Source of the DNA: Ruania zhangjianzhongii
GTDB lineage: Bacteria > Actinomycetota > Actinomycetes > Actinomycetales > Beutenbergiaceae
Reading direction: 5' to 3'
Length of the DNA: 24,000 bases
Assembly (NCBI RefSeq): GCF_008000995.1
Contig: NZ_CP042828.1
Coordinates: 2,260,882 to 2,284,881, forward strand
A program made the translations under genes and the position numbers. Below the pieces are notes generated by a model. That model searched no databases and was not told where the DNA came from. It saw nothing but the letters and a program-made list of their open reading frames with translations. Shown in pieces: positions 7,392-13,730 of the stretch (within the stretch, counting starts at the first letter, position 1; every line of letters begins with the position of its first letter).

Positions 7392-7425
7392 TGTCGCGGC
7401 GTGCCGTCGTGCTGTCTTCGGGGTG
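7392..7425 (+). promoter_or_regulatory. Second copy of the promoter-like motif: TGTCGCG-n14-TGTCTTCGGGGTG
   Basis: The 13-mer at 7413-7425 is identical to that at 6270-6282. It ends 32 nt before ATG 7458, compared with 33 nt at the other site. Both upstream elements read gaTGTC(A/G)C(A/G). The spacer is 14 nt rather than 16. Confidence 0.35.
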
Positions 7426-7457
7426 GACCGCATCTCTCACTCAGAACGGAGACCGCC

Positions 7458-7928
7458 ATGACTGCCGAGCCCGCCACCGGTCGCGGAAGGACGCAGCAGC
7501 GTCCGGCGCTGCCCAGGACCGTGCTGCCCAGGACCGTGCTGCGCAGGGCCGCCTTCGGGCTGCTCGCCGCGACCGCGATCAACCTCGCCCTCTACGCCAC
7601 CGGTCGCCTGGTCGGTGCAGCGCTCAGCCTGGACCCAGCGATCGGCCCACCGAACCACCACCTCACCGCCTTCGATGTCGCCTGGAAGACCTTCGTCCCG
7701 CTGAGCCTTGGGGTCGGGGTGCTCCTGCTCGCTCGGTTGCGCTCGCGGGCCTGGGTGAGCGCCGTGATGGTGCTCGGCGCCGCTGTGGCGGTGTCCACCG
7801 GCGCGGTGCCGCCGCTGTACGCCCACGACGGGATCACCGCTGTGCTGCTCGCGGGGATGCACACTGTGCCCGGGGTGGCGCTGGTGTGGATCGGCCTGGC
7901 CGTGCGCCGCGCTAGTCGCCGCCGCTGA
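7458..7928 (+). CDS. Small four-helix integral membrane protein, DUF6069-like
   Basis: 156 aa counted from ATG 7458 (RBS AACGGAGA). A basic N-terminus is followed by 4 hydrophobic segments (FGLLAATAINLALYATG, FVPLSLGVGVLLLA, VSAVMVLGAAVAV, AVLLAGMHTVPGVALVWIGLAV). The family call rests on pattern memory only. Confidence 0.5.
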   Translation: MTAEPATGRGRTQQRPALPRTVLPRTVLRRAAFGLLAATAINLALYATGRLVGAALSLDPAIGPPNHHLTAFDVAWKTFVPLSLGVGVLLLARLRSRAWVSAVMVLGAAVAVSTGAVPPLYAHDGITAVLLAGMHTVPGVALVWIGLAVRRASRRR

Positions 7929-9213
7929 GGGCGGCGAGTCGGCGCAGCAGATAGCGCTGCTCCGGCAGGATGGTGGTCAGCCGCGCCGCCTGCCGGTAGT
8001 GCTCGGCCGCCGCGGCCCGGTCGCCGGCCAGCTCGAGCAGGTGGGCGCGGACAGCGTGCACCCGGTGTTCCTCCACCCCCTCGGGGTGGTCCAGCAGTGG
8101 GTCGGTCATCTGCAGCCCGGTGCGGGCATCGTGAGCCATCGCGACGGCGACCGCACGGTTGAGAGTAGTGGTCGGGCTGGGTGCGACTCGCCCGAGCAGG
8201 TCGTAGAGCACACTGATCTGCAGCCAGTCGGTCTGCGCGTAGCTGGCAGCGTCGGCATGCACAGCGGCGATCGCCGCCTCCAGCTGGAACCGGCCCACGT
8301 GCCCGCGGGGAAGCGTCCGTTCCAGCAGCTCGCGGCCGCGGTCGATCAGCCCGGTGAGCCAACGGCTCCGATCCTGCTCGGCCAGCGGGACCAGATCGCC
8401 GGCCGCATCGGTACGTGCTGGGCTGCGGGCATGGGTGAGCAGCATCAGCGCCAGCGCACCGGACACCTCGTCATGGTCGGGCAGCGCCCGGTGCAGGTGC
8501 TCGGTGAGCGCGATCGCCTCGCCAGCCAGCTGGACGTCCTGCAGCTGGGCACCGGCGGTGGCGGTGTATCCCTCGGTGAAGATCAGGTAGCACGCGTCCA
8601 GGACAGCGTTCACCCGGGCCGGCAGCTCCTCGGGCGGCGGGAGCTCGAACCGGGCGCCGGACTGGCGGAGCGTGCTGCGGGCGCGGGTGAGGCGCTGGGT
8701 CATCGTGCGGGCCGGCACCCCGAACCCGGCAGCGATCTGAGTCACGCCCAGCCCGGCGACTGCGCGCAGGCAGAGGCACACCTGCGAGGATCTGGTCAGC
8801 GACGGGTGCGCACAGAGCAGCAGCAGCAGCCGCAGCCGGTCAGCGTCCGGCCCGGTGGCCACGCCCGCGCCCTGGCCAGGCGCACCGGAGGGCTCCCCGG
8901 TGCGTGCGCCGTCGTCGACGACCTGCTCCTCCCGCCGGGTGCGCGCGGTATCGGCGCGCACCCGGTCGATCAGCCGGCGGGAGGCGACCCGGATGAGCCA
9001 GGCACGCGGATCAGCCGGTGTACCCGTGCGGGGCCACTGCCGCACCGCGGCCTCGGCCGCCTCCTGCACGGCGTCCTCACAGTCGCCGTAGTCGCCGTGC
9101 CGGCGCAGCAGCGCGGCGAGCACCTGCGGCGCCTCGGCCCGCCAGAGCCGGGCCAGCGGGTCACCGGGGGCCGCGGGCTCGCTCCCGGTGGCCGCACGTG
9201 GCATACCCGTCAC
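7912..9213 (-). CDS. ECF sigma factor with a long C-terminal TPR-like/DUF6596 extension (ECF42-like)
   Basis: 433-aa ORF. Sigma2 reads GDYGDCEDAVQEAAEAAVRQWP. Sigma4 reads LCLRAVAGLGVTQIAAGFGVPARTMTQRLTRARSTL. It is followed by an approximately 230-aa helical extension (YLIFTEGY...FQLEAAIAAVHA...). GTG 9213 overlaps the YCII stop (GTGA). ATG 9204 is an alternative start. Confidence 0.8.
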   Translation of the reverse strand: MTGMPRAATGSEPAAPGDPLARLWRAEAPQVLAALLRRHGDYGDCEDAVQEAAEAAVRQWPRTGTPADPRAWLIRVASRRLIDRVRADTARTRREEQVVDDGARTGEPSGAPGQGAGVATGPDADRLRLLLLLCAHPSLTRSSQVCLCLRAVAGLGVTQIAAGFGVPARTMTQRLTRARSTLRQSGARFELPPPEELPARVNAVLDACYLIFTEGYTATAGAQLQDVQLAGEAIALTEHLHRALPDHDEVSGALALMLLTHARSPARTDAAGDLVPLAEQDRSRWLTGLIDRGRELLERTLPRGHVGRFQLEAAIAAVHADAASYAQTDWLQISVLYDLLGRVAPSPTTTLNRAVAVAMAHDARTGLQMTDPLLDHPEGVEEHRVHAVRAHLLELAGDRAAAAEHYRQAARLTTILPEQRYLLRRLAALSGGD

Positions 9214-9605
9214 GCCGGGTCGTCACCCGCTGAGCCCATCACCGGTCGCAGCTCCACGGTCTCGTCCGGGCCGGCGAACCTGGCAGCGATCTGCTCGGCC
9301 CGCTCCGGGCTGGCCACGTCGATGAGGAAGAACCCGGCCAGGTGCTCCTTGGTCTCCGAGTAGGGGCCCGCGGTGGGGACCGGTGCGCCGTCGGCCCACC
9401 GGTACAGCCTCGAGGTGGTCGGATCGCCGAGCGCCTCCCCGCCGAGGAGCTCACCGGCCGCCTGCATCTCGCCGAGGGTCTCCTCGAAATCGGCGTTCAG
9501 CTGCTCCCGGACCTCAGCGGGCAGCTGCTGGTGTGCCGCCAGGTAGTCGGCAGTGGGGTGGCCCCACGGCTGCGGGTTGGAATGGATCAGCAGCACGTAC
9601 TTCAT
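9210..9605 (-). CDS. YCII-related / DGPF domain protein
   Basis: 131 aa. MKYVLLIH...GGEALGDPTTS...GPYSETKEHLAGFFLIDVASPERAEQIAARF is a typical YciI/DGPF pattern. A GAGGAG RBS lies 6 nt upstream of ATG 9605. The gene is translationally coupled to the downstream sigma factor. Confidence 0.8.
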   Translation of the reverse strand: MKYVLLIHSNPQPWGHPTADYLAAHQQLPAEVREQLNADFEETLGEMQAAGELLGGEALGDPTTSRLYRWADGAPVPTAGPYSETKEHLAGFFLIDVASPERAEQIAARFAGPDETVELRPVMGSAGDDPA

Positions 9606-9654
9606 CGTGGACTCCTCTAGTCAGGCGACAGGCGGATCCTGTCACGTGCTGAAC

Positions 9655-9681
9655 GTCGGAGCCAGTATCGCGATGTCGACA
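9655..9681 (-). promoter_or_regulatory. Candidate ECF-type promoter on the minus strand: TGTCGA-n17-CGAC
   Basis: The minus strand reads caTGTCGAcatcgcgatactggctcCGACgttc. The CGAC lies about 50 nt upstream of the YCII ATG. It shares the aTGTC start with the two candidates near 6247 and 7392. It overlaps the 10-bp palindrome ATGTCGACAT. Confidence 0.25.
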
Positions 9682-9753
9682 TGTGCGGTGCGCGAGGGTG
9701 TGGTGAGGGTGGCGATTCCACACGATCGCAGCCACAGAGTCACCCCCGGCGCG

Positions 9754-11310
9754 CTAGGTCGTCTCCTGAGTCACCTCGGTGTGCACGCTGGTGGCCAGCG
9801 GCACCTCCTTGAGGAAGATCAGGGCGACCAGTGCCACCACCGCCAGCGGCACCAGGAACGCGAAGATCGGCATCAGCGCGTGGTTGTAGGCGTGCACGAT
9901 CACGTCGCGAAGCTCCTCCGGGAGCGCGTTGACACCGGCCGGGGTGAGCGAGTTGATCGCCATGCCGTCCGGCACCCCGCCGGCGCTAGGCAGACGCGCG
10001 GTGAGCTCGGCGGTCAGCCGGGAGGCGAACACCGAACCCACCACGGCCGACCCGAGCGTGGCCCCGACCTGACGGAAGTAGTTGTTCGACGCCGTCGCCG
10101 TGCCCACGATCGCGTTCGGGAAGGTGTTCTGCACGATCAGGGTGAGGATCTGCATGCTCATCCCGATCCCGAGGCCGAACAGGCAGATGTAGGCGCACAG
10201 CACTATCAGCGGAGATTCGACGGTCAGAGTGGAGATCAGCAGCATGCCGATCGCCATCACCACGGACCCGGTCAGCGGGAATGCCTTGTACCGCCCGGAC
10301 CGGGACACCATCTGCCCGGAGACCACCGAGGCCACCAGCAGGCCACCCATCATCGGGATCATCAGCAGTCCCGCCTCGGTGGCATCCACCCCGGTGACCA
10401 TCTGCAGGTAGGTGGGCATGTAGCCGATCGTGCCGAACATCATCACCCCCACCGAGAGGCTGGCGACGGTGGTCAGGGCGAAGTTCCGCTCGCGGAAGAG
10501 GCCCAGGGGGATGACCGGGCTGCTCGCACGGGACTCGGCCCAGACGAACAGGCCCGCCAGGGCCAGGAACGCCACGGCCAGACCGATGATCTGCGGGGAG
10601 AGCCAGTCGAACTCGTGCCCGCCCCAGGTGGTGACCAGCACCAGCGCGGTGGTGGCGCCGGCGAGCAGCGCCATGCCCAGGTAGTCCAGCCGGGGCCGGC
10701 TCGCCGAGGCACGGCGGGGCAGGTGCAGGAGCAGGCTCACCGCACCGATCGCCAGCGCACCCAGGGGCAGGTTGATCCAGAACGCCCAACGCCAACCGGG
10801 GCCCTCGGTGAACCAGCCACCGAGCAACGGCCCGGCCACTGAGGAGACGGCGAACACGGCACCGAGAGCGCCCATGTACTTCCCACGTTCCCGGGCAGGG
10901 ACGACGTCGGCGATCGCGGCCTGGGACAGGATCATCAGCCCGCCGGCGCCAAGGCCCTGGATCACCCGAGCGAGGATCAGCGCCGCCATGTTCGGGGCGA
11001 GACCGCCGATCACGGACCCGGCGATGAACAGGGCGATCGCGGCGAGCAGTACGGGTTTGCGGCCGAGCTGGTCGCTGATCCGCCCGTAGACCGGCATCAT
11101 GATGGTGGAGGCGAGGATGTAGCTGCTGATCACCCAGGTCATCTGGTCGACCCCGTGCAGCTCGCCGACCATGGTTGGCAGGGCGGTGGCGAGGACCGTC
11201 TGGTTCAGCGATGCCAGCAACATCGTGACCATCAGTGCGGCGAACAGCAGGCCCACGTTCGTGGGTCGTGATTCATCCTCTTCCGGAGCGGGTATTCGGG
11301 ATGAAGGCAC
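9754..11310 (-). CDS. MFS transporter, DHA2 (EmrB/QacA, 14-TMS) drug:H+ antiporter family
   Basis: 518 aa. LASLNQTVLATALPTMVGEL, GRISDQLGRKPVLLAAIALF, ARVIQGLGAGGLM and about 14 hydrophobic segments are DHA2 hallmarks. The GTG 11310 start is uncertain because no clear RBS is present. Confidence 0.85.
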   Translation of the reverse strand: MPSSRIPAPEEDESRPTNVGLLFAALMVTMLLASLNQTVLATALPTMVGELHGVDQMTWVISSYILASTIMMPVYGRISDQLGRKPVLLAAIALFIAGSVIGGLAPNMAALILARVIQGLGAGGLMILSQAAIADVVPARERGKYMGALGAVFAVSSVAGPLLGGWFTEGPGWRWAFWINLPLGALAIGAVSLLLHLPRRASASRPRLDYLGMALLAGATTALVLVTTWGGHEFDWLSPQIIGLAVAFLALAGLFVWAESRASSPVIPLGLFRERNFALTTVASLSVGVMMFGTIGYMPTYLQMVTGVDATEAGLLMIPMMGGLLVASVVSGQMVSRSGRYKAFPLTGSVVMAIGMLLISTLTVESPLIVLCAYICLFGLGIGMSMQILTLIVQNTFPNAIVGTATASNNYFRQVGATLGSAVVGSVFASRLTAELTARLPSAGGVPDGMAINSLTPAGVNALPEELRDVIVHAYNHALMPIFAFLVPLAVVALVALIFLKEVPLATSVHTEVTQETT

Positions 11311-11399
11311 GCACGAACACTACGCATGTAGATTACACATCACAACCTGGCAGCCGGCTGGCGGTCGGTCGGCACGACCTGGTCTCAGGTCGATCAGGA

Positions 11400-11466
11400 G
11401 GTGGCGACGGCGTCCCGTGGGTGCGAATCAGCGGGTGGCGACGGCGTCCCGTGGGTGCGAATCAGC
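11400..11466. repeat. Tandem duplication: two perfect 33-bp copies (period 34) of GGTGGCGACGGCGTCCCGTGGGTGCGAATCAGC
   Basis: The copies at 11400-11432 and 11434-11466 are identical and separated by a single G. A partial ATCAG at 11394-11398 precedes copy 1. Copy 2 contains the stop codon (11462-11464) of the minus-strand VOC gene. Confidence 0.9.
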
Positions 11467-12142
11467 CGGCGCAGTGGTAGCCGTACAGGTCGTCCTGGGT
11501 GCCGTTCACCCAGAGCTGGTGACCGTCCGGGATCTGGACCAGGAGGGTGCGGTTGTAAGCCTCGTCCACCACGGTGGCCCGCACTCCGGCCTCGCTGAGC
11601 CGAGTGCTGAGTGCGTCCAGATCACCGGAGTGCTCCAGGGCCAGCTCGAGCGCTACGGACGGTGCCCGGTGCCAGGCCACCTGCCCTCCGCCGTCGGCCG
11701 TGAAGTCCTTCCAGTTGCCAGAATCGGAGGCGAGCCGGGGCTGCAGGCCCAGGCCGGTGAGGATCGCAGTGGGTTCGTCCGGATCCGGGCCGTACCAGAT
11801 CGGCATGATCGCCACCTGCGTCTGGCCAGAGGCGAGCGTGGGGGTGGGGGAGTCCTCGACGGCGGGACTCACCGTGATCGTGGTGCCGTCCGTGGCGCCG
11901 ACGGCAGGCTCGGCGACGGTGGCGACCGTTTCGGCGGTGGCCAGTGCTGCGCTCGGGTCGGTGACCAGGATGTCCAGGTGGGTGGTGCCGGCGGCGGTGG
12001 CCTCGGTGGTTTCGTGCACGGTGAGCTGGCCGCCACCGGTATAGCGTCCGGGCTCGCCGGTGGGGGAGAAGCCGAGGATCGGGGCGACTCGCTGCCACCA
12101 GCTGAGGTCGGTGGTGGTGTAGACGGCGTGCACCGTGGTCAC
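11462..12142 (-). CDS. Two-module VOC (glyoxalase/bleomycin-resistance/dioxygenase fold)-like protein
   Basis: 226 aa. Two beta-alpha-beta-beta-beta-like modules are visible ([22 protein letters not shown]... and [24 protein letters not shown]...HQLWVNG). GTG 12142 overlaps the RHH stop (GTGA). The family call is made by eye only. Confidence 0.5.
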   Translation of the reverse strand: MTTVHAVYTTTDLSWWQRVAPILGFSPTGEPGRYTGGGQLTVHETTEATAAGTTHLDILVTDPSAALATAETVATVAEPAVGATDGTTITVSPAVEDSPTPTLASGQTQVAIMPIWYGPDPDEPTAILTGLGLQPRLASDSGNWKDFTADGGGQVAWHRAPSVALELALEHSGDLDALSTRLSEAGVRATVVDEAYNRTLLVQIPDGHQLWVNGTQDDLYGYHCAG

Positions 12143-12285
12143 TGGTCAGCCTCCGCGAGATAGCCGGACATCACGCGTTCCACCAGAGCGGACAAGGACT
12201 CCTCCTCGTCGATGGCGCGGTGCTTGATCTGGCGAACCAGGTCCGCCGGCAGATACACGTTGAACTGCACCTTGGCTTCTCGCAT
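12139..12285 (-). CDS. Ribbon-helix-helix (CopG/Arc/MetJ-like) DNA-binding protein
   Basis: Counted from ATG 12285, the 48-aa product is [48 protein letters not shown]. This is a classic RHH layout of beta-strand, helix, helix. The longer ORF beginning at 12360 adds a Cys/Gly-rich leader that is unlikely to be real. Confidence 0.65.
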   Translation of the reverse strand: MREAKVQFNVYLPADLVRQIKHRAIDEEESLSALVERVMSGYLAEADQ

Positions 12286-12388
12286 GCTAGCAGTGTAGCA
12301 ACACCCTGAGTGCGGGCCCTGGCCATCGGGACACTCGGCAATCTGGACGGCGATCTTCACGGGCCAAGCCGCCCTTTCAGTGCCGCCC

Positions 12389-12418
12389 TTGCATTAGATC
12401 CAGAATCCTGGATATTGT
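12389..12418 (+). promoter_or_regulatory. Sigma70/HrdB-like promoter TTGCAT-n18-TATTGT with an embedded palindrome ATCCAG-aatc-CTGGAT
   Basis: A locally AT-rich patch sits in GC-rich DNA. The -35-like TTGCAT lies at 12389-12394 and the -10-like TATTGT at 12413-12418. Inverted-repeat arms lie at 12398-12403 and 12408-12413. GTG 12426 lies 7-8 nt after the -10 and has no SD, which suggests a leaderless mRNA. Confidence 0.4.
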
Positions 12419-12425
12419 CTGGTTC

Positions 12426-13340
12426 GTGGCCGTTCCCGGGATTCTGATGTCGCGCGCAGGTTTCGCCGCGATGCGCCTCGCCCAGCGCCTCTCCGCGCTC
12501 TCGGCGGGCGACCGGATCCCGAAGTTCGAAGACCTGGCCACCGAGCTCGGCTGCGGGAAGGGCACTGTCCAGGCGGGCTTCGACCTGCTCGGCGAGGCGG
12601 GCGGGCTGCGGCTACGCTCCCGCGGACGGCTGGGCACCTTCGTGGACGAGATCGACCACACCGTGCTCTGGCGGCTCGCCGGGCAGCGATCGGTATCGGT
12701 CGCGATGCCGTTGCCCTACTCGCGCCGCTACGAGGGGCTGGCAACGGGTCTGCATGCCAGTTTCGCGGATGCCGGTATCCCGCTGACCCTGATGTTCATG
12801 CGCGGATCGGTGGCCCGGCTGCGGGCGCTGGCCGAGGGCCGCGCCGACTTCGTGGTGATGTCCGCCCTGGCGGCCGGTAGCAGCGATGACCTCGAGATCG
12901 TGCACAACTTCGGACCGGGCAGCTATGTGGCCGCCCACGCCCTCATCCTCGCCGACGGCTGCACCGCCGACACCCCCGGCCTGCGGGTGGGAGTCGACCC
13001 GGCCTCGGAGGACCAGGTGCGTCTGGTGGATCGGGCCTTTGGTCCCCTCCCCGGTGCGCAGCGAGTCGAAGTCTCCTACAACCAGCTCGAATCGGCGTTC
13101 CGCGACGGGCGCATCGACGCCACGGTGTGGAACGTCGATGAGATCCGCGCGCACATCAGTGCGCCGGTGAGTATCGAACCGCTGGCACTCGCACGCGATG
13201 CGGCCAATACGCAGGCGGTGATCGTCCGGGCGGCCACCGAGGTGCCGGTACCGGTCGGTGTCCGGGCTGCGCTCACCGCTGCGACTGTTCTCGACCGGGC
13301 CCACGACGTCGTCGCGGGCCGTGCAACCCCGACCTATTAG
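12426..13340 (+). CDS. yhfZ: YhfZ-family transcriptional regulator (GntR-like winged HTH plus a periplasmic-binding-protein-like YhfZ C-domain)
   Basis: The 304-aa ORF has the N-terminal HTH IPKFEDLATELGCGKGTVQAGFDLLGEAGGLRLRSRGRLGTFV. It is followed by an approximately 230-aa alpha/beta domain (VSVAMPLPYSRRYEGLATGL...RVGVDPASEDQ...). It heads a cluster with the other yhf-type genes. Alternative starts are ATG 12447 and ATG 12471. Confidence 0.75.
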   Translation: MAVPGILMSRAGFAAMRLAQRLSALSAGDRIPKFEDLATELGCGKGTVQAGFDLLGEAGGLRLRSRGRLGTFVDEIDHTVLWRLAGQRSVSVAMPLPYSRRYEGLATGLHASFADAGIPLTLMFMRGSVARLRALAEGRADFVVMSALAAGSSDDLEIVHNFGPGSYVAAHALILADGCTADTPGLRVGVDPASEDQVRLVDRAFGPLPGAQRVEVSYNQLESAFRDGRIDATVWNVDEIRAHISAPVSIEPLALARDAANTQAVIVRAATEVPVPVGVRAALTAATVLDRAHDVVAGRATPTY

Positions 13341-13349
13341 GAGCAGCAG

Positions 13350-13730
13350 ATGGATCCGACGCTGCAGGAGCGACTCGACATCTTCCGCGCGATGCCCGCC
13401 GTACCGGACGAGGCGGTCGACCTGGTCGCGGCCGAGCTCACCCGGCTCGACCCGGCACAGACACTGACCGACGACCAGGCCGGCAGCTTTGTCTCGCACG
13501 CCGTCAACGCGCTGGCGCGACTGTCCGCCGGAGACGTCTCGGTCGAAGCGCCCAGCGACACCGTCTACCAGCAGGTGCGGGATGAGGACCCCCAGGCGGA
13601 AGAGCGGGCGCGCGCCTTCGTCGAGCGCGTGCAGGCCCGGCTCGGCCGAGCACTGCCGGAGGCGGAACTGAAGTTCATCACCATCCACTTCGCTGCGTTG
13701 GCGCAGCACACCAGAAAGGAGCACCCGTGA
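13350..13730 (+). CDS. yhfY: Stand-alone PRD-domain protein (YhfY-like)
   Basis: 126 aa, all-helical. Two His residues sit in PRD-like contexts: FVSH(50)AVNAL and FITIH(113)FAAL. Their 63-residue spacing is typical of the two phosphorylatable histidines of one PRD. An AGGAGC RBS precedes ATG 13350. Confidence 0.7.
   Translation: MDPTLQERLDIFRAMPAVPDEAVDLVAAELTRLDPAQTLTDDQAGSFVSHAVNALARLSAGDVSVEAPSDTVYQQVRDEDPQAEERARAFVERVQARLGRALPEAELKFITIHFAALAQHTRKEHP

Noticed and set aside
7999-9363. 454-aa plus-strand ORF
   Set aside because: It is antisense to the ECF42-like sigma factor and YCII genes, which have clear motifs. It shows low-complexity Gly/Arg/Pro composition.
9636-9660. Plus-strand TGTCACG...CGTC considered as another ECF41-type promoter
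   Set aside because: The spacer is only about 7 nt. The plus strand here points into the antisense of the MFS gene, so there is nothing to transcribe.
11462-12285. RHH plus downstream gene considered as a type II toxin-antitoxin module
   Set aside because: The downstream product is 226 aa and looks like a VOC/glyoxalase-fold protein, not a known toxin family. The antitoxin-like gene order alone is insufficient.
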